A DNA stretch of 64,000 nucleotides from Octopus vulgaris (taxonomy: Eukaryota), in NCBI GenBank assembly GCA_951406725.2, contig OX597819.1:73718001-73782000 (forward strand). The letters are read 5' to 3'. Shown piece after piece: positions 52,321-64,000 of this stretch. The notes beneath the pieces were generated by a model. The model was not told where the DNA came from. It searched no databases and was given only the letters and a program-made list of their open reading frames with translations. Positions within the stretch are counted from its first letter, which is position 1; the number at the start of each line of letters is the position of its first letter. Both the position numbers and the translations under genes were made by a program.

Positions 52321-53310
52321 CATCAATCTGTGAGTTTGACTGCATTATAATTGGTGATGTGTGGTCACCTTCTTTGAACAACGCTGACTATTTTGTCACT
52401 GTTCTCAAGTAACGCAGTTATTATGGCTGAAGTGGAAACACAGTGAAACCGGGTGCAGTAGAAAGAGCCTGCCCTGCTTGAAAAGCAGACAAGTAACGTC
52501 ATGAAGACCAGGAAAGGTATAGTCGTGCATTTACAAAGACAGCATATTTCTGATGAAAGACACAATCTTTGTTTCAATTAATTTAGAAAATAATGAATAA
52601 CTTTGGGTGGAATTTAGAACAGAAGTTGACATGGAATTTTGATGGAAGATTATAATTTAGATAACCTTAAAATGGGAATTAGATGGATTGGTATCAAAAG
52701 GACACGTTGGATATCATATTCTTCAAACGATTGTTTGAAAAAGACGGAGTAATTGCAGTTTCAGCATAGATCAGGAATTATGGGAATGAGGTGTAGAGTG
52801 AGATAGAAAGAGATAGAAAGAGGGGGCTTGGGGGAGAGAGAGAGAGAGAGAGAGATGTACAGTGAGAAAGATGGTTGTTAGAGGAATGTAAGGGTGGCTA
52901 TGGTGAGTGAAGAACAAAGATTGGGGAGGTCATCAACATATGAGAGGATGTTGAGAATGATAGCAGGTAAGAGATGATGGGGTATGACAGTCCAAAAATG
53001 TCACTCAGAGGAGAGAAAGAGAAATGGAATGGGAAAGGATGATATTGAGAATGAGAAGGGATGGTTGAGAAAGAGAAGCAGTTTTAGTGAGAAGACATAA
53101 CTGGTAGCACAAGGAGGGGCGGGGGGGAACGGTATGGATTCTGTGCAGATTCTGTTCTTGTATGATTACAGCAGGTGATGAGTGTTAGGAAGATAAGAGT
53201 AGGGTGGGGTGGGGGAAGCTTTGATGGGGAACGTTTAGTGCAGGGCCGAGTGAGTGTATAAACACACACACACACACATTTTCCTTCTAAGCATCTCTAT
53301 TTATACGAAC

Positions 53311-53488
53311 CATTAATGTGAGTACCAGCTTTGACCCAGTCTTTCATTAAAAGAGGTTGTTTGCTTCCTGTGGCAGTAACAATAACGTCAGCATCTTTGA
53401 CAGCTTCTTCTATGGTGCCACACACTTTCGCTCCAGTGTCATCACCAAACATTCTGGCGTTTGCCTTATTTCTACTCCAAACATTTAC
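53311..53488 (-). CDS. CRYM: CRYM-like exon (VNVWSRNKANARMFGDDTGAKVCGTIEEAVKDADVIVTATGSKQPLLMKDWVKAGTHIN)
   Basis: 178 nt, phase 0-1; WxR, ADVIVTAT and WVKxGxHIN motifs; not present in the ORF track. Confidence 0.95.
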
Positions 53489-54294
53489 CTAGAACACAAG
53501 AATGTCAGAAAATGAAATTGGATAATTCTTCCATAGTAACTTTTATGGTATCTAAAACAGTGAAGTTGGAGACAGTGTAGGGGTTTACATTTAACAAAGA
53601 GGGATCACTACAAGAAGTATGAGAGACACTTAGAAATAGATGGGGAGGACATGACATGATCAGTTGGATTTTTGAAGGCAGTACCCCAAAAAGGATGCAG
53701 TCCAATGACTAAAACCAGTGGACCGAGTTCTGTTACAAGTCCTAGGCCTTGTGAGGCCGGAGCTTAATCTGGTTTGCATGGTGTATAAGTGACTGACATT
53801 ACAACACTCCTCCTGAATGGGATGCCAGTCCTTTGCAGGGTTAACTTCCCAACTGTTGCTGGAACTCATTTACAACTGTGTGGACTGGAGCAATGTGAAA
53901 TGAAGCATTTTGCTCAAGAACACTAGGAATCATTAAACATCTATTTTCCATGCTGGCATGGGTTGGACAGTTTGGCTGGAGCTGGTAAGGTCAGGATCCA
54001 CTTCAAATTCCAGTCTGTTTTGGCATGCTTTCTATAGCTGGATGCCCTTTCTAATGCCAACCACTCTACAGAGTGTGTACTGGGTGCTTTTCACATGGCA
54101 CCAGCACAGGAGCTTATGAGTGTGAGAGCAACATCCAAACCACTAGGCCATGAACCAGTATCAAAAACAAATTCACTTGACACAATGCTATAAAGTTATA
54201 GGAACAGTCAACTGAACCAATCTCAGGGCCACAAAAAGTCCTTATTTGCTGGGATTAACAGCGAAATTAATCAGAGCAGGATTTAAGGTAAGGT

Positions 54295-54540
54295 TACCTT
54301 CTCAATTCACACCAACTCATAAAGGCCAGTTTCCCGGTTTCAGTGGCAGATAAATTCACCTCTTGGATGGGACGCTGGTCCGTTGCAGTGTTACTCATTT
54401 TTGCTACCTGAGTGGACTGGAGCAACGTGAAATGAGGTGTCTTGCTCAAGAACACAATGCATTGCCCGGTCCAGGAATTGAAACCACAATCTTACAATCA
54501 TGAGTCCAACATCCTAACCACTAAGCCACATGCCTCCATA
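54295..54540 (-). mobile_element. tRNA-derived SINE family D
   Basis: Head TGGCTTAGTGGTTAGG...GGTTTCAATTCC then GTTCTTGAGCAAG...TTCACGTTGCTCCAGTCCAC; related copies at ~26253-26540(+) and ~53750-53925(-). Confidence 0.8.
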
Positions 54541-54689
54541 GACAAGATTTGAATTACAACATAAGTAAATATCACAAAACATTTTGTCAACCATTTCTGT
54601 GCCACTGCCACCTCCATCACCAACACCAACACTGACACCAACACCACCGCCACTACCACACTGATGAGGAACAGAAACAAATACTTTAC

Positions 54690-54791
54690 CTGAGAAAATG
54701 TGAAGGATGTTGTTAAAGCCGCAAAGTGGGATCTAGCCTGCACACCTGAACCAATAATGGCTAAAACTTTAGGTTCTGGCACTGATAGATA
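54690..54791 (-). CDS. CRYM: CRYM-like exon with Rossmann motif (YLSVPEPKVLAIIGSGVQARSHFAALTTSFTFSQ)
   Basis: 102 nt, AG/GT boundaries, phase 0-0; GxGxQA NAD(P)H-binding motif. Confidence 0.95.
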
Positions 54792-56889
54792 CTGAAGGGA
54801 AAAAACAAAAGTAAATTAGATTCATTAAATTAATTGGTAATTAGGCTGGGATTGGGATATGAATGTTTGTTTGTAGATGAGACAAGGAAAACATGAAAGA
54901 GTTCTCTACCCTAGCACAGGAAATATATTATACCACCTTTCTACAAGTGCCACCAGGGAGCAGTAAAATCAACTCAATGTATACGAGACAAGCTGGTAGA
55001 AACGTAAGCATGCCAGGCGAACTGCTTAGCGGTATTTCGTTTGTCTTTATATTTTGAGTTCAAATTCTGGCAAAATCAACTTTACCTTTCATCCTTTTGG
55101 GGTTGATAAATTAAGTACCAGTTACATACTGATGAGGGCGATCTAATCGACTGGAACCCCCCTCCCCAAAATTTCAGGCCTTGTGCCTAGAGTAGAGAAG
55201 AATGTGTATGGATGAATTATACAAAGATTTCTAAATCCAACCATGCTTACATACTTGAACAGGTTGAATGTGGTGGTGCACAGAGTCTGAAGAAATGGTG
55301 TGCTCAATGTCAGAATGAAATAAACTTGAATAGTATTTTGTAAAATATGGTGTTTTTCCCTTCAAACTTGACATTATCAATGTCAACCTCATTGATGTCA
55401 GCCTCATTTTTGTTATCTTCAGTCCTGATGATGCTGTTGTCTCTCTCGTTACTCCTGATTTTGTCATTGTCAACCTAAATCCTGTCTCTGTAGGATTGAA
55501 TAACAAATTCTGAGATCGGTGATCACTTTTTATTTTATTCTTTTACTTGTTTCAGTCATTTGACTGTGGCCATGCTGGAGCACTACCTTTTAATCAAAGA
55601 AATTAACCCCAGGACTTATTCTTTGTAAGCTTGGTACTTATTCTATTGGTCTCTTTTGCTGAACTGCTAAGTTATGGGGATGTACATCATTTGTCAAGCA
55701 ATGGTGTGTATGTGTGGGAGGAACAAACACAGACACACACATATACGATGGGATTCTTTCAGTTTCCGTCTACCAAATCCACTCGCAAGGCTTTGGTCGG
55801 CTCGAGGCTACAATAGAAGACACTTGCCCAAGGTGCTGCATAGTGGGACTGAACCTGGAACCATGTGTTTGGGAAGCAAGCTTCTTATCACACACCCACG
55901 CCTGTCAAGGAATTGTAAAAGAATTAAGCAATAAAAAGTTTGGTGAACAATTACAAGTTTTTTTCATAACAAAATTTGCCATGCCAAACGTTAGCCTAAA
56001 CATACATCCATTTCGTACATTAGGTGACAAGACAAGAACAAAAATAAATAAGTTTAATATTTTATTCATTAATACCATTTCTTGATTATCTTAAACGCAG
56101 CATCGTCATCACCAGCAGTAACAATAATGTCTGCTATAATAAGGAATACAACAACAACAACAGAACAAATTGCAACGTTTAACAACAATGTATAGAATTG
56201 GATTTAAAAGACTTCAATGTAAATGGTATTCAATATTGTAAACATGAATTTGTGATAGAAAAGAAGAACAGATCCACTCACAGAATTTAAATGAATTATC
56301 TATAACATGTTGAATAACGGTAGTACCAAAATACCTCACAGAGCACCAGTCCTTGGCATCTTGGAACTTTACTTGTGTTATCTTATCTCTAAAAACTAAT
56401 TCATCAATCACTTAGTGCTAGCAGGAGAGGTTATTCAACTAATGCTTTTCAATATAGTTCAATATAATGTCATTCACAGGCTTCTTTCCTTCTTTTATTT
56501 TTTTATTCTACCAATCGCCAACATCGTATGATGTCTTACATTAAACTGATGTAGGATTCAATAAAAGGTTGGCTATCAGTGGAATGCTATACCCTGCTAG
56601 TGTTAAGTGTCTGGAAAATAATTCGATGATAAAATAGTACAATTAAAACTTTGGGATATATGCAATTGAAGCAGTATTAAATTAAAACAGTTATCTTTAT
56701 ATCATACTAAATGTATGCACTCTGTCAATAGACCAGTCACTGTGGTATTTGTCCTGAAATAAAATCTCTTATGGACTTGCTGTGTTAAAAACACAATAAA
56801 TATCAAAGGAGACAAACATTTTCCCAGCAGCAGCTAGCAAGGACACCAGATGCATTTTGGTCTTTTGGGGGCCTTCTCAACAGTAAGTA

Positions 56890-57028
56890 CATAGGTTCAG
56901 GAACAAAGGGTGCTAGAGGAGCAAGTGCATCCAATAAAATTTTGTCAAGGGACAATGAAAATGCTTTGAACATCCTCTTGAAAAACTAGGTTTGCACCCA
57001 CTAAACAAATTTTATTCCTGCACTTATG
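56890..57028. mobile_element. Possible short hAT-type MITE
   Basis: Imperfect TIRs CATAGGTTCAGGAA / TTCCTGCACTTATG with 8-bp flanks AGTAAGTA / GGTATGTA; similar end near 46270-46282. Confidence 0.45.
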
Positions 57029-57171
57029 GGTATGTACTCACAGCCAGTCACATTCTTGGAGGACAATTCATCACTTCTGATATAGGAAAAAAAAAAGAAT
57101 AAAACACCGATGTTTTGAATAGTCACAACAATTAAAAGAGAAAAAGAAAGATCAACAGTATCTTACTTTAA

Positions 57172-57392
57172 CCCTTTTGTTACTGTATTTCTGTTGAATT
57201 CCTCTGTGTTTCTTTCAATTAATTTTAAATATAACAAAGAATTTAGTAAAATAACTCAGTCATCATTAAGCAAGTGTTAGGAACATAAATTGTGACTAAA
57301 GTTTGGTGGAAGATTTTAATTGAAAACTTAAGAAAACAAGACATTTGTACTCAGAGCCAAAGGCGGTTTCATCCAGATTGGTATTGAAAGGA
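57172..57392. mobile_element. ~220-bp piggyBac-type MITE
   Basis: TTAA on both sides, CCCTTTTGTTAC start, GGTATTGAAAGGA end; related copies at ~1077-1271, ~37398-37823 (interrupted), ~52570-52700, ~58323-58513. Confidence 0.8.
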
Positions 57393-57495
57393 TTAAAAAG
57401 AATGATAGATTTTCATGTTGACAGTAGGTCCACTGTTGTCCTGTTCTGTCCCATATTTGTGTTTATATTGGATAAAGAAGCTATAGAATAATTAC

Positions 57496-57558
57496 CTTTG
57501 TTGCAATAACTGTCACTGCTGCCGTCCTCATTGCTGTGATCACTGTTCCATCGATCAC
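57496..57558 (-). CDS. CRYM: CRYM-like exon (VIDGTVITAMRTAAVTVIATK)
   Basis: 63 nt, AG/GTAATT boundaries, phase 0-0; OCD/mu-crystallin family motif DGxxITAxRTAA. Confidence 0.95.
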
Positions 57559-59160
57559 CTACAGACAAGGAATATTACAAGTTACAAGAACTGCAGCCAA
57601 ATCACATTCAAATCACACCCTTGAAAACAGAAGAGCCCATTGGATAACATAGTCCTTGAAATACAAAATGATCAAGATTGGAACGATTTTGATCATAATC
57701 CAGTTTTTTCAGGCTTGACCTAGGGTTAAACAACAAGAATGCAATGATTGTTATCTCAGCCATGGACACCACCACTCATAGCAAAACAAAAACAAAAAAA
57801 AAACACATCATGATGTCTTTGTTACCATCAACAACAACAATCCGAACACTTATCAAATCAACAGAAGAACCTTGAAGTGGATGTGGTAGATGAACTTGCT
57901 CAAGACACAATCAGTGCTTCTGAAAGTGGATGGTGCATCCCACTGAGAGCAGTGTGAAATTTTATGTGGGTACTAGGGACAAACAGGCTGCTTTCAGTTT
58001 CCCTCAACCAAATCCACTGACAAGGCTTTGGCTGGTCCAGGGCCAACCAAAGCCTTGTGAAGAAGACCGATGCCTGAAGTGTAACACAGTAGGATTGAAC
58101 CCCAAAACCATTTGGTTGGGAAGCAGATTTCTTACCACACAGTAACAATATCAAAAGTTAAAAACAAAGCATTTCTAGCTAAAGGCTTAAGATATACAGA
58201 AATAAAAGTGAAGTGACCCCAGCTGGTTGTTGGGTGGAGGTTTGGGACCCGATTCAATGCTTATCAAATTGATTCATGAACAAAAACACTTTAGTGTATC
58301 CACTCTGTAATATTCTGTTTAACCCTTCTGTTACCATATTTCTGTTGAGATACTCTGTGTTTCTTTCAATTAATTTTAAATATAACAAAGAATTTAGCAA
58401 AATAATTTACTTATCATTAAGCTGGTGTTAGGAACATAAATTGTGACCAAGGTTTGGTGGAAGATTTTAATTGAGAACTTATGAAAACAAGACATTTGTA
58501 CTCAGAGCCAGAGGAATGATTTGAGGGAGATTTTAGTTACTATTTCTAAAAGTGCAAAGTGACCACAATGAGGTTCCCACAAGTGCAAGTTTATTTTAGT
58601 GCTGTAAGGAAGAAGGTTCTGGAAAGGTTTTGTCAATTTTGGAGGAGAAGGAAGAAAGAGGAAAAGGAAGAGAAAGGAGAACAGAAGAGGGGGTAGGAGG
58701 AAAGATGAGGAAGGGGAGATGAGGAGAGGAGGAAAGATGAGGAAGGGGAGATGAGGGGAGGAGGAAAAGTTGGTTGGTAGATGGGAAATTCAGAGAAGTG
58801 ACAAAGAGATAGAGGAGCATAGAGGGAAACAGAGAATAAAGGTGTGAAAAAGGTTAACGACTGACATAGGACTTTTTGCTCAACCGCTTAAATAGAATTA
58901 AATAGAATTATCATCATAAGAAGCCAAAAGGACGGAAGAGAAGGATTAAACAGATAAAGAAGTAAAATTGGGGAAAAGAAAGTGAGGAAGAATATATATA
59001 CCCACACACATTGTCCTTTGTACACCCTGATGATTTTTCCATACAAGGTATTTAAAATGCAAAATTATATGTTTTGTAATTTTAATTTTGTTAATTAATA
59101 AATTAATTTGTATCCATTAGATCTCTCTCTTTTCTAACTTGGTAATAATTTTTGAGATAT

Positions 59161-60475
59161 ATCATCATCATCATTTAACGTCCGCTTTCCAAGCTAGTAT
59201 GGGTTGGACGACTTGACTGAGGTCTGGCGAACCAGATGGCTGCACCAGGCTCCAATCTGATCTTGCAGAGTTTCTACAGTTGGATGCCCTTCCTAACACC
59301 AACCACTCTGAGAGTGTAATGGGTGCTTTTATGTGCCACCGGCACGAGGGCCAGTCAGGCGGTACTGGCAACGGCCATGCTCAAATGGTGTTTTTTATGT
59401 GCCACCTGCAGTACAGCGGCACTAGCAACGACCTCGCTCAAATGCTTTTTCACGTGCCACTGGCACAATGCCAGTAAGGCGACGCTGGTAACGATCACAC
59501 ACAAATGGTGCTTTTTACATGCCACCAGCACAGAAGCCAGTTAGCTGCTCTGGCAAAGATCATGCTCGGATTGTGCTCATAGCACTCCACTAGCACGGAT
59601 GCCAGTCATTGAATTTGATTTCGAATTCACTTGCCTCAACAGGTCTTCGCAAGCAGAGTTTAGTGTCCATTGAAGGAAAGGTACGCATTAGTGGGTTGGT
59701 TACACCTCTGGCATAGGCCACAAGGCTATGGTCTCACTTGGCTTGCCGGGTCTTCTCAAGCACAGCATATTTCCAAAGATCTTGGTTACTAGTCATTGCC
59801 TGGGTGAGACCTAATGTTCGAAGGTCATGCTTCACCACCTCATCCCAGGTCTTCCTGGGTCTACTTCTTCCACAGGTTCCCTCAACCACTAGGATGTGGC
59901 ACTTTTTTTACACAGCTATCCTCATCCATTCTCGCTGTATGACCATACCAGCACAGTCGTCTCTCTCTTGCACACCACACATGATGCTTTGTAGGTCCAA
60001 CTTTTCTCTCAAGATACTTATACTCTATCGAGTATGCACACTGACATTACACATCCAGCAGAGCATACTGGCTTCATTTCTTGTGAGCTTATGCATGTCC
60101 TCAGCAGTCACGGCACATGTTTCACTGCCATGTAGCATGGCTGTACATACACATGCATCATACAGTCTACCTTTTACTCTGAGTGAGAGGCCCTTTGTTA
60201 CCAGCAGAGGTAAGAGCTCTCTGAACTTTGCCTAAGCTATTCTTATTCTAGCAGCTACACTTTCAGTGCACCCTCCTCCGCTACTGATTTGGTCACCTAA
60301 ATAACGGAAGTTATCAAGCTTGCTGGGTCTTCTCAAGCACAGCATATTTCCAAAAGTCTTGGTCGCTAGTCATTTCCTTGGTGAGGCCTAATGTTCAAAG
60401 GTTGTGCTTCACCACTTCATCCCAGGTCTTCCTGAGTCTACCTCTTCCACAGGTTCCCTCAACTGCTAGGGTGTG
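59161..60475 (-). mobile_element. RTE-type LINE 3' end with tandem-repeat 3'UTR and (ATG)n tail
   Basis: Minus strand encodes RGRRPRKTWDEVVKHDLRTLGL-like ORF end; ~55-65 bp repeats at 59320-59535; (CAT)n at 59161; segment ~59744-59895 is repeated at ~60319-60475. Confidence 0.85.
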
Positions 60476-60657
60476 GGAGGTGTTATAATACTATTCCACA
60501 GCCATACAAACAATCCAACATACCTCCGTCATCAGCTACTCCACGGATATCATTATGGTTTTGACACCAGGGCAATATATACATATATATGTAAGAATGT
60601 GTGTACAATTAAAGAAAGCCAAGTGCTGTTGTTAGATTTGAAAAAACAGAAACCTAC

Positions 60658-60802
60658 ACTCAAAAGTTTGCCATTGGTGCTGCTAAATACAACAATGGCA
60701 GCATCATGGGAAGGAATATCTTTGTTTTGTGGGAAAACAGTGACAAGTTTGGTAGCAATAATGTTGTCTGCAGCACTGTAACATGGCATTATGAGACACA
60801 AT
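60658..60802 (-). CDS. CRYM: Mu-crystallin/ketimine reductase-like gene, first coding exon visible in window (LCLIMPCYSAADNIIATKLVTVFPQNKDIPSHDAAIVVFSSTNGKLLS)
   Basis: AG acceptor (plus-strand CT 60803-60804) and GTAGGT donor; 145 nt, phase 2 to 0; resembles CRYM MPAYSAAEDALTTKLVT...PSH...NGTLLA. Confidence 0.92.
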
Positions 60803-61111
60803 CTGGAAAAGGAAGGTTAGAAAAAAATAATTGAGCTTCTTAAAAAAAAACATGATTGGAATTTATACATACACACACACACTTAAACATAAATTTCGTG
60901 TTACACTAAGAAGTGGTGTATGGTACTAAAATTTTTGACTTAAACAACAAATTACTCCAAATAAGTGGTTTATACTGGGTTCAAGTTTTATTAGTTGTGA
61001 TAATGAAGTCAAACCAAATAATGATATTTTGAAATAATTTAATATACACATTTCAGGTTTGCCTAATATATATAATAGGATATGCATCCATTATGTAAAT
61101 CTTCTTAAAAG

Positions 61112-61186
61112 TTTTAACTGAGGAAGGTCTTACATAATGAATGTAATTTCTATTATATGTTACAGACCTGAAATGTACATACTAAA
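61112..61186 (+). ncRNA. Type I hammerhead motif inside inverted repeat 60990-61232
   Basis: CTGAGGA 61118-61124; stem II AGGTCT/AGACCT; GAAA 61170-61173; palindromic stem III ATGTACAT; AUA triplet; stem I TTTAA/CTAAA with one mismatch. Confidence 0.7.
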
Positions 61187-61369
61187 TCATTTCAAAATAT
61201 CACTATTTGGTCTGACTTCTTAATCACAACTTAGAGAGAGTGGGAGAGATCATCATCATTTACTGTCCATTTTCCGTGGCTGTATGGGTTTGAGTTTCAT
61301 GTAACAAAAATACACAATGGACAAGAAGGGAACAGGAATTTAAAAAAAGCCTAATAGCAGCACAGATAT

Positions 61370-63370
61370 AGTCAACCATCACTAGTGAGGAAATCACCAA
61401 GACACTGAGAGCCATCAACAACTAGAACAGAAGGGATATGATCCTTGGCTTCTGGTTAAAACACCTCACCTGTTTGTATGCCTACAAACAACATACAAAA
61501 CCCTCACATTAATTATATACAACTGGCTTATTAAACATCTGGAAACTGATGCCTTACCAGAAGTTCAAAAGGGGTGTTGGAAGGGATGTATGGCTGTAAA
61601 GTACAGCTACAAGTGTATAAGGCCATTGTTGAAAACCATAAAAAGATGGAAACAAGTCTCAGCATGCTATGGATGGATTACAAGGTTTTCAACAGCATTC
61701 CACATTCATGGATATTGGAGTCACTCCACATAATAAGGCAGCCCCCAAACTGCTAAAATGAGTTATGAGTTATGCAATGACAAAATGGAAAACTGTTATG
61801 CCATTGAAAAATAGGGAGACTATTATAAAAGCCGGCCCTATATTTATAAGAAGAGGAACCTTCCAAGGTGATTTGCTGCCCTGCCTACTTTTCTGCCTTG
61901 CTCAATGAGTTAGAAAACCTCCTAAAAATTGTCAATAGTTTCAACAAAGACATAAGGATGAGTAAAGAATTCAACAAATGTGCCAAAGTAACATTAAGAA
62001 GCAGCAAATTAACTGGCACTGGAAATATAGTTGACCTAAACACTGGAATTAAAGAAGTAGATCATAATCACTCATACAAATACCTAGGAATAGTCAAGGC
62101 AGCTAATAGACAACACATGGAAATGAAAATTAAGAATGAATACCTTAGAAGTGATATTGAACCAGTGCATGTGTTGTTATTGGTGTAATGACTCCACAAG
62201 ACACAACAATACTATAGAAGAGTTAGACTAATATTATAAGCTTAAGTCAATGCTAGAAATAAAATTGGTATAAATATGCTGGCCATGCCAGTTGTAAACT
62301 ACAGCTATAATATAATTAACTAGAATTTAACTGAATTGAAAAATTTAGTGAGAAAAACCAGGAAACCACTGACAACATACCGAAGCCATCATCCTGAAGT
62401 AGATATAGAATATGCCCTAACCTGCACACATACTTGGACAGTTCAAATGCTTAGAAACAAAGAATGGAAAGCTCAAATGAAATAAACAAATAGAAAAAAA
62501 AAAAGGACTGCCTTCTCTATACACAAGAAATGATAAAATAGAAAGCTGAAACAGACTATATTGAGATACTAAATTTAGACAAGAACACAACAAAAATGGT
62601 AAAACAAACAAAAAAATAACATGAAAACGAACATAATCTCAAGAAGAAATGGAGAGAAAAATCACTGCGTGGTCAATACTTTGCAAGGCTTGACAGAGAA
62701 GCCAAAGTGAAAGTCAACAATGGCTCAAAAACTCCAGAACAAAAGCAGAAATAGAGGAACTTTACTAAGCAAGACCAATGTCTGCTCACAAACTATGGAG
62801 ATAAAAATCAAGAAAACTAATTGTAACAGGAAATGCATCATTGTGCAGCCAACACAATGAGACAGTTGACCGCACCATCTCCAGTTGCCCAGTGCTTGCC
62901 AAATGTGAGTATTATACACGGGGATGACTTGTTTGGCAGCTACATTTGCTGGGCAATAATAGCAACACTTCAAAGTGAACACAAATAAGTAGTAAAAATA
63001 AGTATCGAAGACGGTACATGACAACGACCCGGTTACAATAATCTGGAATATGCTGTCCAAACTGACAAAGAGATCAAGGTGAACAGTTCAGACAATAAAA
63101 GACAAGAAAACAAGCAAATGCAGAATGATAGACATTCTGGTGAAAATATTTTGTTTGCAAAGTAAGGAGAGTATCAAAGCACAAGGACCTTGAAACTGAA
63201 AAACTCACGATGTGAAGCAGGACGGTGAAAACAATACGGCGAGTTATTGGAGCATTAGACATGATTTTAAAATTATGAAAAGAAATATAGAAGACATATG
63301 ATGGTTCATAACATTACACGTGGCTCTGCTAGGAACAACTCACATCTTGTTGAAGATGTTTCAATAGAAT
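61370..63370 (+). mobile_element. Degenerate R4/Dong-type (REL-endonuclease) non-LTR retrotransposon
   Basis: Broken motifs WMDYKVFNSIPHSWI, RRGTFQGDLL, YKYLGI, a CPVLA zinc-knuckle-like segment and a C-terminal VIGALD. Confidence 0.8.
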
Positions 63371-64000
63371 AACTCAAACAGAACAATCTTCACACAGTGC
63401 ACACACCCACAAGTACCGAGGAATTAAAGGTCCAACAAAATAACAACCTACCTTACACACACCAACATAGCATACACTAATTATAACAAGTAATTAAACC
63501 TCATAACAAATGAAACTGGTGTAAGAGGAGTCTACACTCCCTTAATCCTCTCAGAAATAAGAACACAATGCTGCACGCATCCCAGGAACAAGGAGGTGCA
63601 TCAGGTAGGGAAGTAAAAGCTGACATGAAACTACCGAAAAAAAAATAAAGGCTTATTATAATAGTAATAATAATAATGGCACTAAACTTAAATGACCGAA
63701 AATAAACTTTTTGTTTTATGAACAAAATTTTCGCAATGAAATAAGTTGTCTCAGTTATGTAGGAATTTAAATTAATAATAGTTAAAAAAATCCTGAAGAT
63801 TTCTCATAAACAAGTCTATACAGAAAAAACTTACAAATCAACTTAATTAAAAGTATTTCATACAAACCCATTATTCTCTTTAACTTCAATTAAAGTTTTA
63901 CAAGGTTGTATAATCTTTACGTTTTTGGTGACAGAATATTGCTTAAGGGTGTCTTCTAAGACAGGTATAAGATGTTGGTAAGTTAAAACTTTCCTGACTT

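Noticed and set aside
58640-58830. Purine-rich tract (also 52790-53080, 36625-36840) as regulatory triplex/G4 element
   Set aside because: Low-complexity sequence typical of this window; no supporting evidence
59320-59535. CRISPR-like repeat-spacer periodicity
   Set aside because: Intervening segments resemble one another, the array is part of a multicopy RTE 3'UTR, the context is eukaryotic and there are no cas genes
63501-63725. ORF as possible CRYM exon 1
   Set aside because: No similarity to the CRYM N-terminus (QPVR motif absent); exon 1 is probably beyond the window

Overview
AT-rich, repeat-dense animal genomic DNA; the SINE/LINE families and microsatellites look like those of an octopod cephalopod (inference). 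Two spliced genes converge tail to tail. On +, the last exons of an unidentified protein with a proline-rich SH3-ligand C-terminus (exons 11180-11311, 20519-20540, 35501-35574, 37953-38099, plus candidate upstream cassette microexons). On -, seven phase-consistent exons of a mu-crystallin/ketimine reductase (CRYM-like) gene from 60802 to the stop at 43577, with exon 1 apparently outside the window. The rest is mariner, piggyBac and Tc2-like relics and MITEs, CR1/RTE/R4-type LINE fragments and several tRNA-SINE families. The most notable unexplained signal is a set of short non-coding insertions with 9-13 bp target-site duplications, inverted termini and minimal type I hammerhead ribozyme cores of the Penelope-like kind. 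One family has a tRNA-like Pol III head, and another has the hammerhead at the tip of a ~175-bp hairpin. All calls were made by eye, without alignment or folding software.
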